A stretch of 58,523 nucleotides of DNA, the filler included, from Stramenopiles sp. TOSAG23-6 (taxonomy: Eukaryota): NCBI GenBank assembly GCA_900128565.1. It is 2 parts of 2 records of this genome, joined end to end, with 100 filler letters (N's around TTAATTAATTAA, not from the genome) between each part and the next. Parts side by side here need not be neighbours in the genome. Positions count along the whole stretch, not along the records: positions 29,322 to 58,523 come from LT635975.1; 1 more part is not named here. One strand, written 5' to 3'. The notes beneath the pieces are model-generated. The model saw nothing but the letters and a program-made list of their open reading frames with translations. It was not told where the DNA came from and did no database searches. Of the stretch, positions 56,681 to 58,523 are shown one piece after another (the stretch's first letter is position 1; every line of letters starts with the position of its first letter). The translations under genes and the position numbers were made by a program.

Positions 56681-58459
56681 ATGGTGATGGACCTACAGCA
56701 CCCGCGAGCCTTAGTCCGTGTGACTGGGCACAAGCGAGCGGAAGGTCGTTACTACTTTGCATATGCGCTCTTAGCATTACTGTACTCGGTGATTTTGTAC
56801 AATTGTTACATGACTGCTGGCCAGCCATACGCGAGAGCACTTGCTGAAGGTATGGATTTAGCAGTGAAAAAGGGAACTGCACCGCCCCCTATTGACTTCC
56901 ATTCAAAGGCAGTTGGTGATTTGGCTAAACGGATGGGTGGTGCTCGATCATCGCCTAAGTTTGAATTTGATATTGGGAATGATGACTGGGGTGAAGAAGA
57001 TTCTGATGAAGTCGAGAAAGTGGAAGAAACTGTATCAGATGGCAAAGTTGTAGATAACACAGAAGACACTGAAGATATAGATGATGATGATGATGATGAT
57101 GATACGAGGTCATTGCCTTCAAAGTATTTGCCTGATGTCATTCCATCGATATGTTTGTTCCTTCTGTTAACTTTGACTGCTTTATTTCCATTATTATGTC
57201 ATTGGTCTGTGGATTTCAAAGCACGTATGTTATTTTCAAACGCGACTGATATCTCCAGTGCTACACATCTATTAGTTCGACCTCATATGCATCGCGGAAA
57301 AGCATCACTTGAAAAAATATTTCGATCAAAATGCAATGGAAAACTTGGTTTTGAATTTCAAAGACAAAAATATATTTATTTATCCGCAGATGAGTTGAAG
57401 GCTCATCACAGAAGTCAAGTAGAATCGAAAGAAGAAAAGATTTCGAGTTCTTCTGATGGCATCGATGAAAATCCAAATGAAATTATAGGAAATGGTGCAG
57501 AAAATGGAGCAGTCCAACTCGTTCAGTGTGTCTGTAATGCGCCTCTTTCGTATTATGTAGATTCGGGTGGTATAGTTGGTAAAGACGTATGTTTTTTTCA
57601 CCTCATTTTTTTTTTTCGTACGAAATTTTGTACGTAACAATTATTTTTAAACAATTTCGAATTTGGTATATTTTTTCACAATACATGCTGTCAATAACGC
57701 AGAAGAAAAATTTGGTTTAAATCGAATGTCCATTACAATGCCATCATTCTTGGAATTATACCGTAATCAACTTCTCGCGCCTCTTTGTATTTTTCAATTT
57801 TTTGTCGCTTTTTTATGGCTTTTGGATGAATATTGGCAATATACTTTATTTAGTATATTTTCTATTTTTATGCTTGAAAGTACTACGACATTTCAACGTC
57901 GTCGGACAATGCAGACTCTTGCAGGTATGGCACAGAAGCCTTATCCAATCCAAGTATTTCGTCATAATATATGGAGTGAGATGACAACAGCTGAGCTACT
58001 TCCAGGTGATTTAATTTCAATTCGGGCAAAGATAAAAGAAAAAGTTCCAAAACCAATGGAGTTAATGAATCCAAAGGAAAAAGAAGAAGAATTAAAACGT
58101 CGCAAGGAAATTATGAAGCGTCGTAAGGAACAGGCCATTCGTGCTGGTGGTGTTGTTGGAGTACATTCCGATATTATACCATGTGATTGCGTTTTGATTA
58201 GTGGTAATGCAGTTGTGAATGAATCTTCTCTTACTGGAGAAAGTGTACCTCAAATGAAAGATGCGCTTCAATGCCGATCTGACTCAGATGCAAAGAGAAA
58301 TCTCGCCCCTGATGGTCGTGATCGAGTACATATCCTCTTTGCTGGCACATCATTGATTACAGCATCGCCAGGTAAAGTTGTTAGTAATGGTAAGAATACA
58401 AAAAAGACACCAATTATAACACCACCAGACGGGGGGTCTCTTTGTTATGTAATGCGCAC
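56681..58459 (+). CDS. ATP13A1: P5A-type ATPase (ATP13A1/Spf1-like), 3'-partial; exons 56681-57586 and 57687-58459
   Basis: CHWSV, FEFQRQKY; after intron removal FGLNRMSITMPSFLELY..QLLAPLCIFQFF...WLLDEYWQY, LLPGD, PCD, VNESSLTGESVPQMK, PPDGG.LCYVMRT. Confidence 0.9.
57587..57686 (+). other. Non-canonical family intron (GT...AT, 100 nt)
   Basis: aaa gac|GTATGTTT...CGTACGAAATTTTGTACGTAAC...CACAATACAT|gct gtc opens the P5A ATPase frame. Confidence 0.9.
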
Positions 58460-58523
58460 GTATGTTTTATTTTTTTTCAAATTCGTTTTTTTTTCGTACG
58501 AAATTTTGTACCTAACGATTTTT
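58460..58523 (+). other. 5' part of family intron, truncated by the window end
   Basis: cgc ac|GTATGTTTT...TTCGTACGAAATTTTGTACCTAACGA; interrupts the expected R-T-G-F motif. Confidence 0.85.

Noticed and set aside
754-58523. Classical U12 (AT-AC) introns obtained by shifting boundaries 2 nt left
   Set aside because: Donors lack RTATCCTT. The shift gives TT, CA, GC or AC starts in several copies and worse proteins (Asn in a TM helix, loss of conserved Val and His). A diverged minor spliceosome is not excluded.

Overview
Gene-dense, AT-rich eukaryotic (protist; stramenopile-like by inference) genomic DNA. It is two contigs joined by an artificial 100-nt N/TTAATTAATTAA spacer at 29222-29321, and it carries about 22 protein-coding genes. 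Main discovery: a family of sequence-similar introns, mostly 85-111 nt (one 149 nt; 13 complete and 3 truncated copies), none of which ends in AG. Consensus: RTAYGTTTT...TTTTCGTACGAAATTTTGTACCTAACGA...TTGAAATATTTTTTCACAATACAT. Observed termini are GT-AT, AT-AT, AT-AC, AT-AA and GT-GT. Removing them exactly restores conserved motifs in ClpB, an aspartyl protease, a P5A ATPase, and C2 and LRR proteins. The last intron dinucleotide often copies the last exon dinucleotide, which suggests an introner-type transposon with a 2-bp target duplication, spliced without an AG acceptor. Only one canonical GT-AG intron was found. Other notable items: an unannotated UxxC thioredoxin-fold/hemerythrin selenoprotein, a ClpB with a signal peptide and a WW domain, oriented TAGGGTTAGGG boxes upstream of genes, an extremely Lys/Arg-rich secreted protein, and a MER3-like meiotic helicase.
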